This document shows positions 37,006 to 50,222 of a stretch of 64,000 bases of DNA, piece after piece. The stretch is from contig CDLV01000007.1 in NCBI GenBank assembly GCA_001244265.2, forward strand, positions 372,001-436,000, read 5' to 3'. The position numbers and the translations under genes were made by a program. This DNA is from Microbotryum violaceum (lineage: Eukaryota). The first letter of the stretch is position 1. Each line of letters starts with the position of its first letter. Under the pieces are notes generated by a model. That model worked only from the letters and a program-made list of their open reading frames with translations. It ran no database searches and was not told the DNA's origin.

Positions 37006-37744
37006 GGGGACGGCTGGGTCACGGGGTGGATAAGTTGTTCGGTTGGGTCGGGCGAGGAGCACCGCTGCGCTGGGGCCGAGAATCGGGGTCCGGAGCCAAC
37101 GAAGATCCGCGTTGATACCCGCGGTTAGGTTGCTGGGTCCGGGACTGGGGTGTTGAAGTGGGTTGATAAAGCAAAGAGCGAAGGTAAACCGGGTACGATA
37201 TTCCTACCTACACGGGTTCCCAGATCTCGAGATGCGCAGGAAGCTGAGCGCCAAGGTCGACTTCGGGCGCGCCTCGGTGGAAATGGGCCTCGATTCGCGA
37301 GTTTGGGCCTGTTGCAGTGTCTGCGCGTGACCGCCGAGGCTGCAGTGCTCGCGATCCCACGCGCCAAGCCCAAGCTGCAGTCAGTGCAGTGCACTGTACG
37401 GTCTTCAAATTATTGATACATCGAGAAAGGGAGTAGACCGTTCCAGCTGACCAGGAGGGTAGTATTCCCTTGTATAGATACAGTGCTGCATAAGTTTGTC
37501 CGTTCAAGAAAGCTTCAGCGAAAACTCCACGTTTGGGTGCGCGCGGCGAGTCGACGATTTTGGCAGTTTTTGGCCTATTTTGGCGCGGCCCAAGCGCGAC
37601 GCGTCGGCAGAGGAGCGTGAGCGGGTGAGCGGCGGTGTCTCCTTTACGCATCCCTCAACACTTCGCCAATCGAGTCCACCTCCGCATTCGCATCCGCATC
37701 CGCTCGCCGCCGTTCTAGACGCCGTCGGAACCAACGAATCAACC

Positions 37745-40700
37745 ATGGATGGCGCGCCCCCACCCGAGGAGAACTTTGAGGCTCAGCCAATACAGGATCG
37801 CTTGGTGTCCAAGGCGAGTTCCCCCGCGGCGGTTGTTTCACACTCGAGCCTCGACGCGCGTTTGTTGCGCGAGGGTGGTGGGGCACCAGTATCAGACGTC
37901 GCACCTTGTATGGTCAACACCTTTTCGAGTACAGCCGAGCTAATTCTTCTGTCATGGCTCGCCCCCGCAGTTGTGGAAGGCACGCGTCTCGGCGTACACG
38001 GCCTTGATCACGACCTTCAAGCAGACCGTCTCCGACACCGATCCGGCCTTCCGACCTTACGTCTCGGACCCTGCCTCGGTCAAGGAATGGGTCAGGGACA
38101 ACAATGCCATGGCCCAAGAGATGGGTGTCGCCGCAGCGTGTAGTTTGTTGGAATGGGCGGGAAAGAACGCCGCGAGGTCAGTCCACATTAGGCCCAGTCC
38201 GAGACAAGCAGAGCGGGGGAGGGGGTGGGGATCACGCTGATGCAAGACCAGTTCATGACAATGTTGTGCAGGACAAGAGCAGAGGTCTTGCCTTCGCTTG
38301 TCGAAAAGTGTTTAGGAGCAGCGAGGGTAAGCATCGGCATTGGGCCCGAGTCGGGAGTGGGGTAGTGTCGCAGAGGACAGCTGTCTCACGCTCTTGCACT
38401 GCGTCGGTGTTGATCTTAATAGGCAGGTACCAAGACCAAAGCGATCGAACTCTGTTTGCTTTACGTTGCAGCAGAAGAGGATCAAGCAGAGGGTGTTCTC
38501 GTGAGTCTCAGAAAGGCAACTCGGCCTTCTGGAGCGACGAGAACGATGAACACGCGGCTAACACGACCATTTGCATCGGTGATCGTTCCTGCAGAGCGAT
38601 ATCACACCAGGACTGGACGTAAAACAACCCAAAGTTGTGGCGGGATGTGTGACCGTGCTCAAGGAGATTGTCAGGTGCGCCACTCATATTGAACACAACA
38701 CGTCAACGTCGCGCGATACTGACCTGCTCGCCTGTGCACACAGAGGGTTCGGGCCGAAAACAATCAACATTAAACCGATCCTCAAGCTCTTGCCCAAGAT
38801 CTTTGCCCACGCTGACAAGGCCGTCCGACTCGAAGGCACCGCTCTGGTTATGGCATTGCACGCTTATCTCGGACCCGCCCTCGACCCCCACTTGTCATCG
38901 CTCAAACCCGTTCAGGTCAAGGAGCTGAACGAGGCTTTCGCTGATGCCGATGCCAAAGGCGAAGAAGGGTTCGGACAGCTCAAGCCGTCACGATTCACGC
39001 TCACGCAGCAGAGGGAAAGGGAGGTCAAACAAGCCGAGGGGGCTTTGGAAGGCACGAACCCGGAGGAAGCGGAGGAGGAAAAAAACGCCGCCGAAGGTGG
39101 GGCCGAGGATGGGCCACCCGATGCTTTCGATTTCGCCGAACCGGTCGACGTGCTCAACAAGCTCTCTCCCGATTTCTATACCCACGTTGGTTCGACGAAA
39201 TGGAAGGACCGCAAGGAATTGGCGCTCGAACCCTTGCTCGCCGTGGTGAAAGTCCCGCGGATCAAAAACGACAACTACGACGAACTGCTGCGATCGTTGG
39301 GCGGGATGATCCCAAGCTACTCGAACGTACTGTGCATTATGCTCGCGGCGAACTGCATCGAAGCAATGGCGTTGGGTCTAAGGGATGACTTTGCCAAGTA
39401 TCGGAGTCTGGTCATCGCGCCGATCTTGTCGCGGACCAAGGAGAAGAAGGCCAATGTTTTGGAGGCCTTTGCTGGTGCTTTGGATGCGACGTTCGCCTCG
39501 GTACGTTCGTTCGTGAGTGGACGAAAGCTCAAAGTTCGATTGCTGATGTAAGGCTTCCGTGCAGATCCTGTCGATGAACGAAATCGTAGAAGATATTGTC
39601 ACCTTTGCCAAAGACAAAAACCCGTCCGTCAAAGAACAAACGATCAAGTGGTGTACGCGATGCCTCAAAGTCGTTCCCTCCCCACCTCAACGCTCCGATA
39701 TCGATCAGCTCATCGCCGTCTTATCGCTCGCTCTGGCCGATTCCGCGGAACCTGTCCGAATCGCTGCGGCGGAAGCTTTGGGATATCTGATGAAAGTCTG
39801 CGGAGAACGCGCGATGGGAGGCAAGATTGAGGAACTGGACGATTTGAGAAAGGCCAAGGTCAAGGAGGCATATGAAAAAGCCGAGACAAAGTGCACAAAT
39901 GGTGGTGGTCGAGGAGGCGCAGTTCGTACGGCACCTGCGGCCGGTGGTTCTTCGATGCCGACAGCGAACAAGTCCAAGCCCAAGCCGATGGTGGCGAACA
40001 AGGAGAATGCCCCACTTGCTGCACGTCCTACCGCATCCGCACCTGCCCCCAGTGCAGCCCTCAAGATTGCAGCCGATCCAGCTGCTAGACCTCCGATCGT
40101 GGCCAAGAAACCCCCTGCTGCTTCGACTTCTTCGGCGCCGATTGCGGCGAAGAAACCGGTGGTCGCAGCTGTGAGCGCATCCTCCTCCAAATCGGCCGGA
40201 GCTGCCAAGCCCGCCGAACCGTTGAAGTACAAGATGTCGCAAGAGGACGCCGAGGCTCAGGTCGAAGCGGGGGCGATTCCAGCCAACTTGGTCGCTCAGA
40301 TCTCGGACGCGAACTGGAAGACACGGTTGGAAGGGATCACGGCGCTGCATGATTGGTTGAGCGGGGGTGAGATTGAGACCGTCGAAAGTGAACTGGTCGT
40401 TCGCTACTTGGGAAAGAAGCCGGGGTGGAAGGAGAGCAATTTCCAGGTCAGTAACTTGACGTCCGATTCTCCGATTTCAAGGTTTATCACGTTTCCTGGT
40501 AGGAAGCTGATCTTGACCGGCATTCCATATATCAGGTTAGCACCAAGATGTTTGGCATCTTGCACCTTTTGGCGGAAAGGTCTCCTTCGTTTGGCAAATC
40601 GTCAGCGGCCCTTTCTGTCCCCGGTCTATCGGACAAGCTCGGCGATATCAAGCTGAAGAAACCAGCCGGCGACGCGCTGACCGCTTTCGCGGAAAAGTCA

Positions 40701-43700
40701 TCGCTCGGCTTCGTGCTCAGCCTCGCGTACGAACCAATGACGAAGCAAAAAGCGCCGAAAGCTCAGGCCGATTCGCTACTCTGGGTCGAACAGGCGCTGC
40801 GCGACTTTGGCATTATCGGCGTATCGATCCGCGACCTGATCGAGTTCCTCAAGACGGGGCTGAAGAGTTCCAATGCCTCTGTGAGGACGAATGCGACCAA
40901 GACACTTGTCACGCTCAAGCTCTACGTCGGCGCCGATATCGCGACCTTCTTACAAGACTTGAACCCGCAACTAATCACAACGATCGAGTCGGAATTCGCC
41001 AAGGTTGCGGGGGAGGCACCACCGGAGCCGACGCGAGTTGGAGCCGACACCGCCGTTGCTGCTTCGGCCGCTGCGGCAGGCCCATGTGCGAAAGGGAAAG
41101 GAGCGATCAGTGGAAGCGACGATCCTCTCGACGACCTCTTCCCGCGCGTCGAGCTGGATCGACTTATCCCCAGTTCGGCGATCAGTGGCCTCGGCGACAG
41201 CCTGTGGAAAACCAGGAAAGAAGCGCTGGAAATGATTCAGTCGATCCTCGAAGGCAACAAACGACTTAAGCCCTCGCCGCTCAACGATCTCTCAACGCCG
41301 TTGAAGCAGCGCCTTGTGGATGCAAACAAAATTGTGCAGGTCCTCGCGCTCGACGTCATCGCCAGGATTGCTACGGGGATGGGCAAGCCTTTCGAACGGC
41401 ATTGTCGACTATTCGTCGCTGCGATCGTGGGCGTCCTCGGAGATCAAAAAGCGCCGATTCGAGCGGCCGCGACGGCCTGTCTGACCGCCATCGCCGATGC
41501 TGCTGGTCTCGACGCGATGATTACTTCGTTTGACAAGACACTCGAGACGGGCAGTCCTGTTCTGCGCAAGGACCTGCTCGCATGGCTCGAGCCTCGCTTC
41601 CAGGACGAGGACGTCGTCGCCACACTCGAGCTGCGGGATCTCGCCGGGCCCGTCATCGCTTGCCTCGAGGATAAGACGGCCGAGGTTCGCAGATCAGCGC
41701 AGGCGTTGCTCCCCGGTATCATCTCGCGTGTGGGGTACCAGACCGTGCTGGACAGGACTGGCAAACTCAAGCCGGCCAGCAAAGCGACCGTCTTGCCCCT
41801 GCTTGAGGCCGCCCGGGGTCAAGCGAACCTGGTTCCGAGTAGTAAAGCCCCCACCGTCGCATCGTTTTCCGCAACCCCTCAGGCGAACATAATATCGCAG
41901 CCCACGTCCCGCCCCGCTTCTGCCGCTTCTGGACCGATTGCGACCACCTCCAAGCTCGCTCCTGGTGGGTTGACTCGGCCGACGGCCGTCAACAAGTCCT
42001 TACGGACTGGAGCCTCGATTTCGACGCAGTCCGCCAGCGACGATGCGCCTGCCTCCCGGCTGGGTGCGCCTCGACCTTGTGTCTCGCTTGGGAGCAAACC
42101 GCTCGGTGCCTCGCGATCCTCCCCGAACCCTGCGTCATCCGGTTTCGCATCCGTGAGTGAGGGCAAGGAAGCACCATTCCGCGACGCCGACCCGAGGCCC
42201 AAGACGCTCCGAGCGTCGAAAGAGACAGGCTCGCTCAAGTGGGTTGTCGATGGAACCCCGCGCGCCGATCAGGTCGAGACTCTGCTGCACCAAATGACGC
42301 CGTACACCTCGCCCGACCTACTCGCACAACTCTTTAGCAAGGACCACAATGCGGAACGGGACTACATCGCCGCTTTGACCGCGCTCGACGACTGCGCGCG
42401 AGACCCTGCCTCCGCCGCTGACGCGTTCGGTCTGCTACCCAAGGAATTTCGGGCACGATTGGTCGTCAACGTCGACGTCATCTTCAAGTACATTACTTTG
42501 CGTATCGGTATGACGAGTACGACCATCACCGTCAAATGTCTCGACCTGATCGACGACTTGCTTGTCGTTCTCGGCGAAGAAGGCCACAACCTGTCCGACT
42601 ACGAGGCCTGGGCCTTGCTCATCAGTCTCATCGCCAAGGTCGGCGATGGCAAAGAGACGATTCGAGGTCGTGTACGAGCCATCTTCAAGGCTCTGTGTAG
42701 CGTCTATCCTTACAGCAAGGTCTTTGCGGCTCTCGTCGAATACGGTCTCGTGTCCAAGAACGCTCGGGTCCGCGCAGAAACGGCCGAGGAGTTGGGCAGC
42801 CTGTTCCAACGTCACGGTGCAAGCGCGCTCCCGACGGGCAAAGCCCTTCCTCTCATCGCCAAACTTATCAGCGATCGAGACGCCGCGGTACGCACGGCTG
42901 CACTCTACGCCATCGGTCACGTCTATTCTTCGCTGGGAGCTGATGCGACGTGGAAATTAGTCGGCCGGATACCGGACAAGGAGCGAGCAATGTTGGAGGA
43001 GCGTTTAAAGCGCACAGTGACGACGGGGGATACAGGTGCCTCTGCTGCCGCGGTGTACGCGTCGCCGAAGGTCACACGGTCCATGACGCCAGTGCAGAGA
43101 GCCAACACGCCGTCCAGAGTACCCGGACCCGGACCCGCGTCTCCGACACCCAACAACGCAGCGAGAGGGATAGCCAAACCGGGCATCTCCCGGCTCGCTC
43201 GACCCAGCGGTCTAGCGGCCCCGACCGCATCCTCATCCGCACTCGGCGGTGGCGATGGCACAAGAAGAGCTTCTGGTGCTGGTCTCCCCGCCCCAGGTTT
43301 TGTTCGACCACCTTCCGCGACCGCGACCGCGACATCTCGATTGCCACCGCCAGCTCTGCCCTACGCCTCGTCTGCGATGGGCCCCTCGAGTTCGAACGGC
43401 TCTCGCGGTCAAGGCGCTGAACGACCGCCGTCGCCAATCGACATCGCTCTGCTCATCGATGCCATCGAGACCGAAGACCTCGCCAAGTGCGCCAACGTGC
43501 TCAAGCGGGTGCAGACCGAGATCGCCACCAATTACGACGCTTTGCTGCCACAAGCCGACGCGCTCATCGATGCTATCACGCTGCAAATGGCGCTAGGCTT
43601 CGAGGACTTGCACAAGGACTCGTCGCATGCCAAGCTAAGGCTATGCAAGCATCTGATGCAGACACTCTCGTCCTTTTTCGACCATCGCACCCTCGGCCAA

Positions 43701-45405
43701 GCAATTTCGACGCCGGCGCTGACCAGTCTTTTGGCCGAACTTACGGGACGTCTCCTCGATACGGCCGATAGCTCGGGCTCGGATGCGATCGCCAGTCTGT
43801 CCAAGGTGCTCAATATGGTCCTGATTCGCATCTTCCACCATTCCGATCAGACGGTCTGCGTCAGGTGAGTCTGCTGGCTTTCGTCCACGACAAGGACTCC
43901 CAGAGGTAATAAGGCTGACGAGTTCGACATTGCCTGCACAGTTCACTATTCACAGTACTACAAGACGCAACGATCGATCTCCGTGAACTCAAGGGCAGTG
44001 AACTGGAGGCGCGGGCCAAGTATGCCGAGCTGGTCATGAAGGTGAGCAGCAAGGCAAATTCGTTGCGCAGTCAACAGCGCGCGCAGAGCTGACACCGGCC
44101 GGTTGGAAATACCTCCGAACAGTGCTTGTGGAAAGTGTCCAAGACGGTCAAGGAGAGCCTTGAGTCTCGAGCCCTCTCGGCCCCTCGTCTACTGCGAGAC
44201 ATCAACCAGTTTCTCACCACCACCCCGCCGGCTGAATGGCGTCGACGGGCTGCAGACAACATCCCCCTGGCCGACATGCCGCTGCGAACGGTCAAGACCA
44301 TTCTTCAGCAAGTCGTGTCAGTCTTTGGCGAGGCCGTCTTTGACGAGCTCGAGGAAATCGACTCGGCCGAGGATTCGTTCGTGTATCAGTATCTGTTCCG
44401 CCTGGCCAGTAGCCCCTCCAGCAAGAGAAATGGTTCCGCTGCACGAGGTCAAAGTGGCGATCGAGCGAGTGCTTCCTCGATGAACCGGCAAAGCTCGACC
44501 GGGTCATTTTCGTCGGTACAGCGCGAGTCGCTGCCCGCGAGACAGACTGCTGCCACCCCATCGATTGAGTCCGAGCCTCCGTCGACACCGAAGATAGGAA
44601 CGAGAACTGCTGGCGCATCGCTCGGAGCTCGGGCATCAATTTCGGCGGCCAACTCTCCCGGCGGCGCGGATATTGAGATGAACCAGCAGCTCAAGGCCAT
44701 CTTTGACCTGATCGGTGACCCCGTTCGGTCTCGCGAGGTAAGCGCGGCGATTCGGCCCCCGAGGTTTTCGGTGCACAAGTTACCCGAGCTGACGGTGACC
44801 ACTTTGTCTATGCCTTCCATCGTCACCAGGGAATCGAAGCGCTGTATATATTCCAAAAGACTCGCCCCGAAGCAGCGCCGCGGATTGCCTCGTGGTACGT
44901 CAGCCCTTCACCTGCTCATCCGGCCCTGAGGCGCTAACGGCTCGACGATCTTTCGCGTCACTTCATACTTCTTTTGATTTGCAGGATGGCGAACACGGGC
45001 AATTACTTTCAAACTTATCTGAAACGTGCGCTGCGCAATCTAGAGATGGCCGATCAGGAACACGAATATCAACGCAATTCTCCGGCCGTAGAATCGGCGG
45101 TGTCGGCCGCAACCGGTGAGTCGAAACGTAAGCCGATCACTAGTGCCCCCAGGCTAAGCAGAGTCCAAACCATCACATCCTTCATCGCCTCGTCAGCTTC
45201 GTCCGCGCGACCAGTCTCGGCCTCCGTCACCGCGTCATCAAGGCCGACGTCGACCTCGACGACGCTCAGTCCTCGCCACTCGCGCGCCTCCCTCGGGGCT
45301 AGCGGTGGCGCAACGGGTGGCGCAAATTGCGAACGACTCAGCCAACTGCAGGAGATGTTTGGGTTCAACAGCGCGGCTGCAGGTGGTGGTGGAAAAGAGC
45401 CTTGA
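37745..45405 (+). CDS. STU2: XMAP215/Dis1/Stu2 multi-TOG microtubule polymerase
   Basis: Repeated TOG signatures (LVSKLWKARVSAY, STKWKDRKE, DANWKTRLEG, DSLWKTRKEAL, SKNARVRAETAEEL) and C-terminal YAELVMKCLWKV; many introns, the first GC-AG. Confidence 0.95.
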
Positions 45406-45898
45406 TCGTTTCGTCGCATCTCGTTTTCGTTTCAAGAGTTTTGTATTCCTAGATCAGGTTCTGTCTTTGCGTCGCATTGTGCCAACAGTCACTCTGTGGA
45501 TAACCTTCGTAATGCTGTAAAAACGGGGCTTCTTCTTCAAATCTACAGGACACCCAGTCGAGGCAAGAAGCTATCAAAGCCTTTATTATTGCCAGTGTCA
45601 AGTTGAACCACCAGAAGAGGAAACGAAGCTACGCACTGAACGGAGAAACGTATGCAAAACGCGATAAAAAGGGAGAACGAATAGAATATGAGTCAACTAC
45701 AAAATAAACGGCAGACAAATGCACCTACGAGAATAAAGAACAAGGGAGAACGTTTACCGTGCTTATGTATATAATAAAACAGGGGGTCAAGGGAAGGCGC
45801 GGAGGGGCAAGAGTGTTTGGTGAAGGGAGATTCTCAGGAAAACTTAGCAAGAGTTGAATGGCGATGACCGAGAGAAAACCGAAGAAGCTGCTTTTGTG

Positions 45899-48264
45899 CT
45901 AGACGTAGGATGCCTCGGGGAGAGCCGAAGTCGACGAATCATCATGGTGTGCGACGTAAGAGAAAGCACCAAAGCCCATCCCGAGCGACCCGCGCCGGGG
46001 AAATTGTGGGGGCATTTGGTGGGCGTGCTGAATCTGCGACGAATAATGGGTCGCATATTCGGGAATGGGCGAGCCGCCCGAGAACTGTGCTTCCGAGTCC
46101 GAATGATGCGAAGGCGCAGCGCCGATGGCCCCAGCTCCGGAAGTGCTTGCGCCAGCGGGGGAGAACTCGTTGTACCGACGAAACGGGGAGGGTTGCGAAT
46201 CTGACCCTAGGGAAAAGTCGTTTGAGTCGTTTGGTAGGCCAAAGACGAGCCCTGCGCTAGATTGGCCCGAGGAGCTGTGCGGGGTCTGCACCGAGGCGAG
46301 CGGGTAGAGGTTGTCGATGGCGGAGACAGATGAGGCACGACGTCGATGTGACTTGAACGGCGACGGGGTATGCGCAGCAGACGGTGAGGCATGGTAGTAG
46401 CCGCTTAGTTGGCTCCCGTAGGGGCTGAACTCGGCTGACGGAAGCGGAGCGGACCAGGAGGCCTCAAGGGGGTGCGACTGCGGATAGTTCATCTGTGACG
46501 ACGACGACGAGGTAGAGTAAACCGATGGCGCCGGCGTCATGGGGTAGCTGTTGTATCCTTGACGATTCGTACCTTCGTCGAACGGTTGGTGTGAGTGCTG
46601 GGGCGGTAGTGCTTGTTGCTGCGGAACATGGCGGCCTTGGCTTTGCTGATTGAGCTGCTGCGCCGCCTGATCGTAGCTGTACATGCAAGCCTCCTCGACG
46701 GGTTCGTAGGACTGGTCGCGCATATGCCGAGGGTGTTGAGGCGGAGGAGTCGCATATACTCCTCGAGGATGCTTGGTCGGGTACTTTTGACGCTGCTTGC
46801 GATCCTGTCGCTCGAGGTGTTGCCGAATCGCATTCGGCCCAAGCGCACCGGTGTTGTTCGAGAGCATCGACGGGTTCGAATGTGCGGGAGCGGCCCAGCC
46901 GAGATGAGCGTTGACCTCATCGTCGTCGGCGGGAAGATCCGGAAGCGGAGGGAGGGGCAAAGGGTAATACCCGGGGCCGTCCCCTGTCTCTGATGCATCG
47001 TCGTCGTAGTCTTGGTCGTGGTCGTCGCCGTAGCCGTCGTCATAGACGGAGTGGGGTGTCACCGATGCCGAAGATCCACCAGAGTAGTCTCCATCATCGT
47101 AGTGCTGCGGGCGACGACGTGTCGGATATACCCGGTGACTAGCGCCCGCAGAGGGGCGGGGTAGCGCACCTCCCGCGGTGTGGTAGCTGCCGTGCGAAAA
47201 CGCCGGGGAGTCGGGGTGGTTGCGCTTGATGTGTTTGGTGAGGGTCGTCTTGCGGCAGAAACTGTTTTGAAATGTGATCGCGCACGTGGTGGTCAGTACC
47301 CCTGAGAAGACGCGCGGATGCGTCAAAGTGGCGCTAGCGGAAATGTAAGAAGGCCAAGCGACAGGGGACCTTGCCATGTTGTGTGTTCGAAGCGCCCCGC
47401 CCCCGCCCTTCTAGGCGCCGTCCCGAGATCGTGCACGAGCACTCGGGAGGGGACCGTGGCGTCACAGGCGAGGCCTGCACCGCGCGCGCACAGCCCCTCG
47501 AGAGGCCACCACGAATCGGACCCGGGCTCGGCAATCCGAGATGGGGGGGTCTCCTGACGAGCAAGACCTGCGGGAGCTGGACGGCGGCACGGGGCACGTA
47601 GGATAGGATGAACGAGACCGACGCAGCGAGGTCACTCACGTCTTGCCACAGATGGGTTCAGGGCACTTGTAGGGTCTCTTTCCGGTGTGGATCTGCAACA
47701 GAATCAGTGTGGCGTGTTAGCAATGTTTTCGGCGGCATAGGCAGCGAGCGACAGAAGACCGGCGCGACTCACTCGGCGGTGGCGAGCTAACGAACTCGAA
47801 TCACTAAACGCCTTGTCGCAGCCGACGTACTCGCAACAATGCGGGCGTTCTCCAGTGCTGCGAGAGGGATGGAGGGGAATGGAGGGGAATGAAGGGAAAC
47901 GGTGGGAGATCAGACGCGGTTAAACTTGGACGTAGGTAGAGTGACGAGAAGGACGACTTACTGGACGCGGTAGTGAACGGTAAGGGCGCTGCGCTGGATG
48001 AAATCGCGCGAGCAGCCGGGCCAGTCGCAGATCCAGGGTCTGCTGAACCGCGCCAGAGTCAGCTCTTGCGCCTTGCGAGTGCGAGTGAAACATTGGCACT
48101 GTTGTAGCAAAAGAAAGAGGATCTCACCTTTCGTTAGAGTGGATGCGCATGTGTCGTACCAAATCACTGCGACGAGCGAACGCCTTGGGACAACCAGGAG
48201 CGCTGCAGCCGAAAGGTCGCGAAGCAGCTGAGCGGTCTTCATGAACGAGTTCCATGATATCCAT
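45899..48264 (-). CDS. C2H2 zinc-finger transcription factor (4 fingers)
   Basis: RPFGCSAPGCPKAFARRSDLVRHMRIH, PWICDWPGCSRDFIQRSALTVH, HTGERPHCCEYVGCDKAFSDSSSLARH, PYKCPEPICGK-FCRKTTLTKHIKRNH; Pro/Gln/Ser-rich tail. Confidence 0.92.
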
Positions 48265-50222
48265 CTTCCGAAGGGTTGGCAAGGGGTTACACGAGTCGGG
48301 TTAGACGAGGATGGAGGAGGGAGTAGAGATGTAGGCGTGCGTCGACGAGTGAATAAGGGAGTGGAAGGGTAAGTGGGCTAAGATGGAAGCCAAGCGCGGT
48401 CGACTTGGGCAGATGGGAAGAAGGGGAGTTGGGGAGAAAGAGAGGTGACCTAAAGTTGAGCGCGAGATGAAAGGGACAGGCCGCGCGCCTAAGCACTGTC
48501 GGCGGGCACGGCTGGGAGTCGCGCTCCCGATCGCTTTATAAAGTCATCCCTTCACCCAGTAATCAAGTCTCGCAAAAAGGAGAATTTCAAAAAGGAAATT
48601 CTCCGAAGGATCGTTCGCTTTTCAAGCTCAACTGAGACCTTCTAATCCTTCCCCGCTTGATTTGATTGACATCTCTGAGGTGCCCTCTGCACGCACGCCC
48701 GCATCAGCAGCTGGGGCACAGCGAGCGCAGCACAGACGTGCGCCCGGCTTCTACTACCGTTCGTCGACCTGAACGGCTCGGAAATCGTCAAAGGCGCAGA
48801 CTTCAAATCAGCCTCACCGTTGCGGGGAATGTTTAACTGGGACGAGGTATTTTCTATTTCACTGGAACCCCTCACCAGAGCATCGGGTGGCATAGACAGA
48901 CCCTTTGGTGGTGTGGCGCCGTCATTTTAGAATTGCACCATCATGCGAGGCTAAAATCGGCGTTCGGCGGCGCTTCCGAAGGCTTCATTACGTCGTCGTA
49001 GTCAGGGAAGAGTCTTCCACCCAGGTTCACCAACGAACGTCCGTTGCGACAAACGGCTACCAGCGAGATTCCCGATAGAGTGCACTTCGATGAATCATTT
49101 GAGGCCGTGCTTTCCACCGAGCCATTGAAGGCAGGGGGCCGTGTGGAACTTTCGAGCACGGGTCATCGGTTCTTGGGGGCGCAAGTTGGGAACTCTCGCT
49201 GATGAGCTGGTGAAAGGGGCAAACGTCCTGCCCGCGCGCCCAGGAATGTCGGAGATCAAGTACAGCCAAGCTTTGCAGGGTAATGTATGGTGGGAGATGC
49301 AAAGAGGATTTTTATTGAGTAGGGTGATCACGGAACTCTGTGGCTCGCTGATTTACCGATAAAAAGCCGTTGATGAAGCGCTGATGGACCCCTCCGAAAG
49401 AAATCTTCCCTTTCCGAGCAGGCCGTGATCCCCAGTAGCTCCGATTGATATTAGCGCCAACAGCACCTTGCTACAAGATCACCCGATTCAACTGAGAAAG
49501 CAGGAGAGTGATCTTTTACAGCGAAATGTCTCTAGTGTGTAGATAAGGCCATTTTGGGTGTCATTGGGCGCAACTTTCACGTGCGGGCCGATATGGCCAA
49601 GCAGCTGAGCAGTCCGCGGCGTCGATGACGAGCCGGTGAGTGCTGACTCAGCGCTGGCCTCTGAGGCCTGAGGTCCAAGTGGTACTTCGCACAAGTGCTT
49701 CAATACCTTGAAGGTTTCACCGAGAAATCCATTGCTATGATTGAGAGACATTCACACAGGAAACACACGTCTATAAACTTTGATCATCATGGCACTAGAA
49801 TGAAAAGGCACGGCAATTTGCCGAGTGAACAATCAAGTACGTATACGTGTTGAGGCTGCTTCCCTTTCTCCGGCTCCAGCGCACCACCGGCAACTTCACC
49901 TCTGGACTGCGGCGGCGGGAACCGATTAGGGAACCTTTCAACGCGATTCGAGCAGATCGGCTCGAAAGGTGGAACATAGAGGAGTGTTAAGCTCGAATAC
50001 ACGGCACGTTACTCCAGACTCCGAGACTCTCTGATTTCCGTACATTCTTGGCAGCACCGTAGATCAATTATCGGGTGCAGGCTGCGAGCGACTTGAACTT
50101 CGGAAGGTAGAGCGACGACAAGAATGTACGCTAGTTGGAAATGACCGTGGAGCTGCCTACGAGATCAGATATATGTATTACAGCTACTTTCATCGTGATT
50201 GATCACAACTTGCGCATACACC

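Noticed and set aside
48640-50200. Hidden gene in the long intergenic region
   Set aside because: Only short ORFs without recognisable motifs; more likely the regulatory region of the TF.
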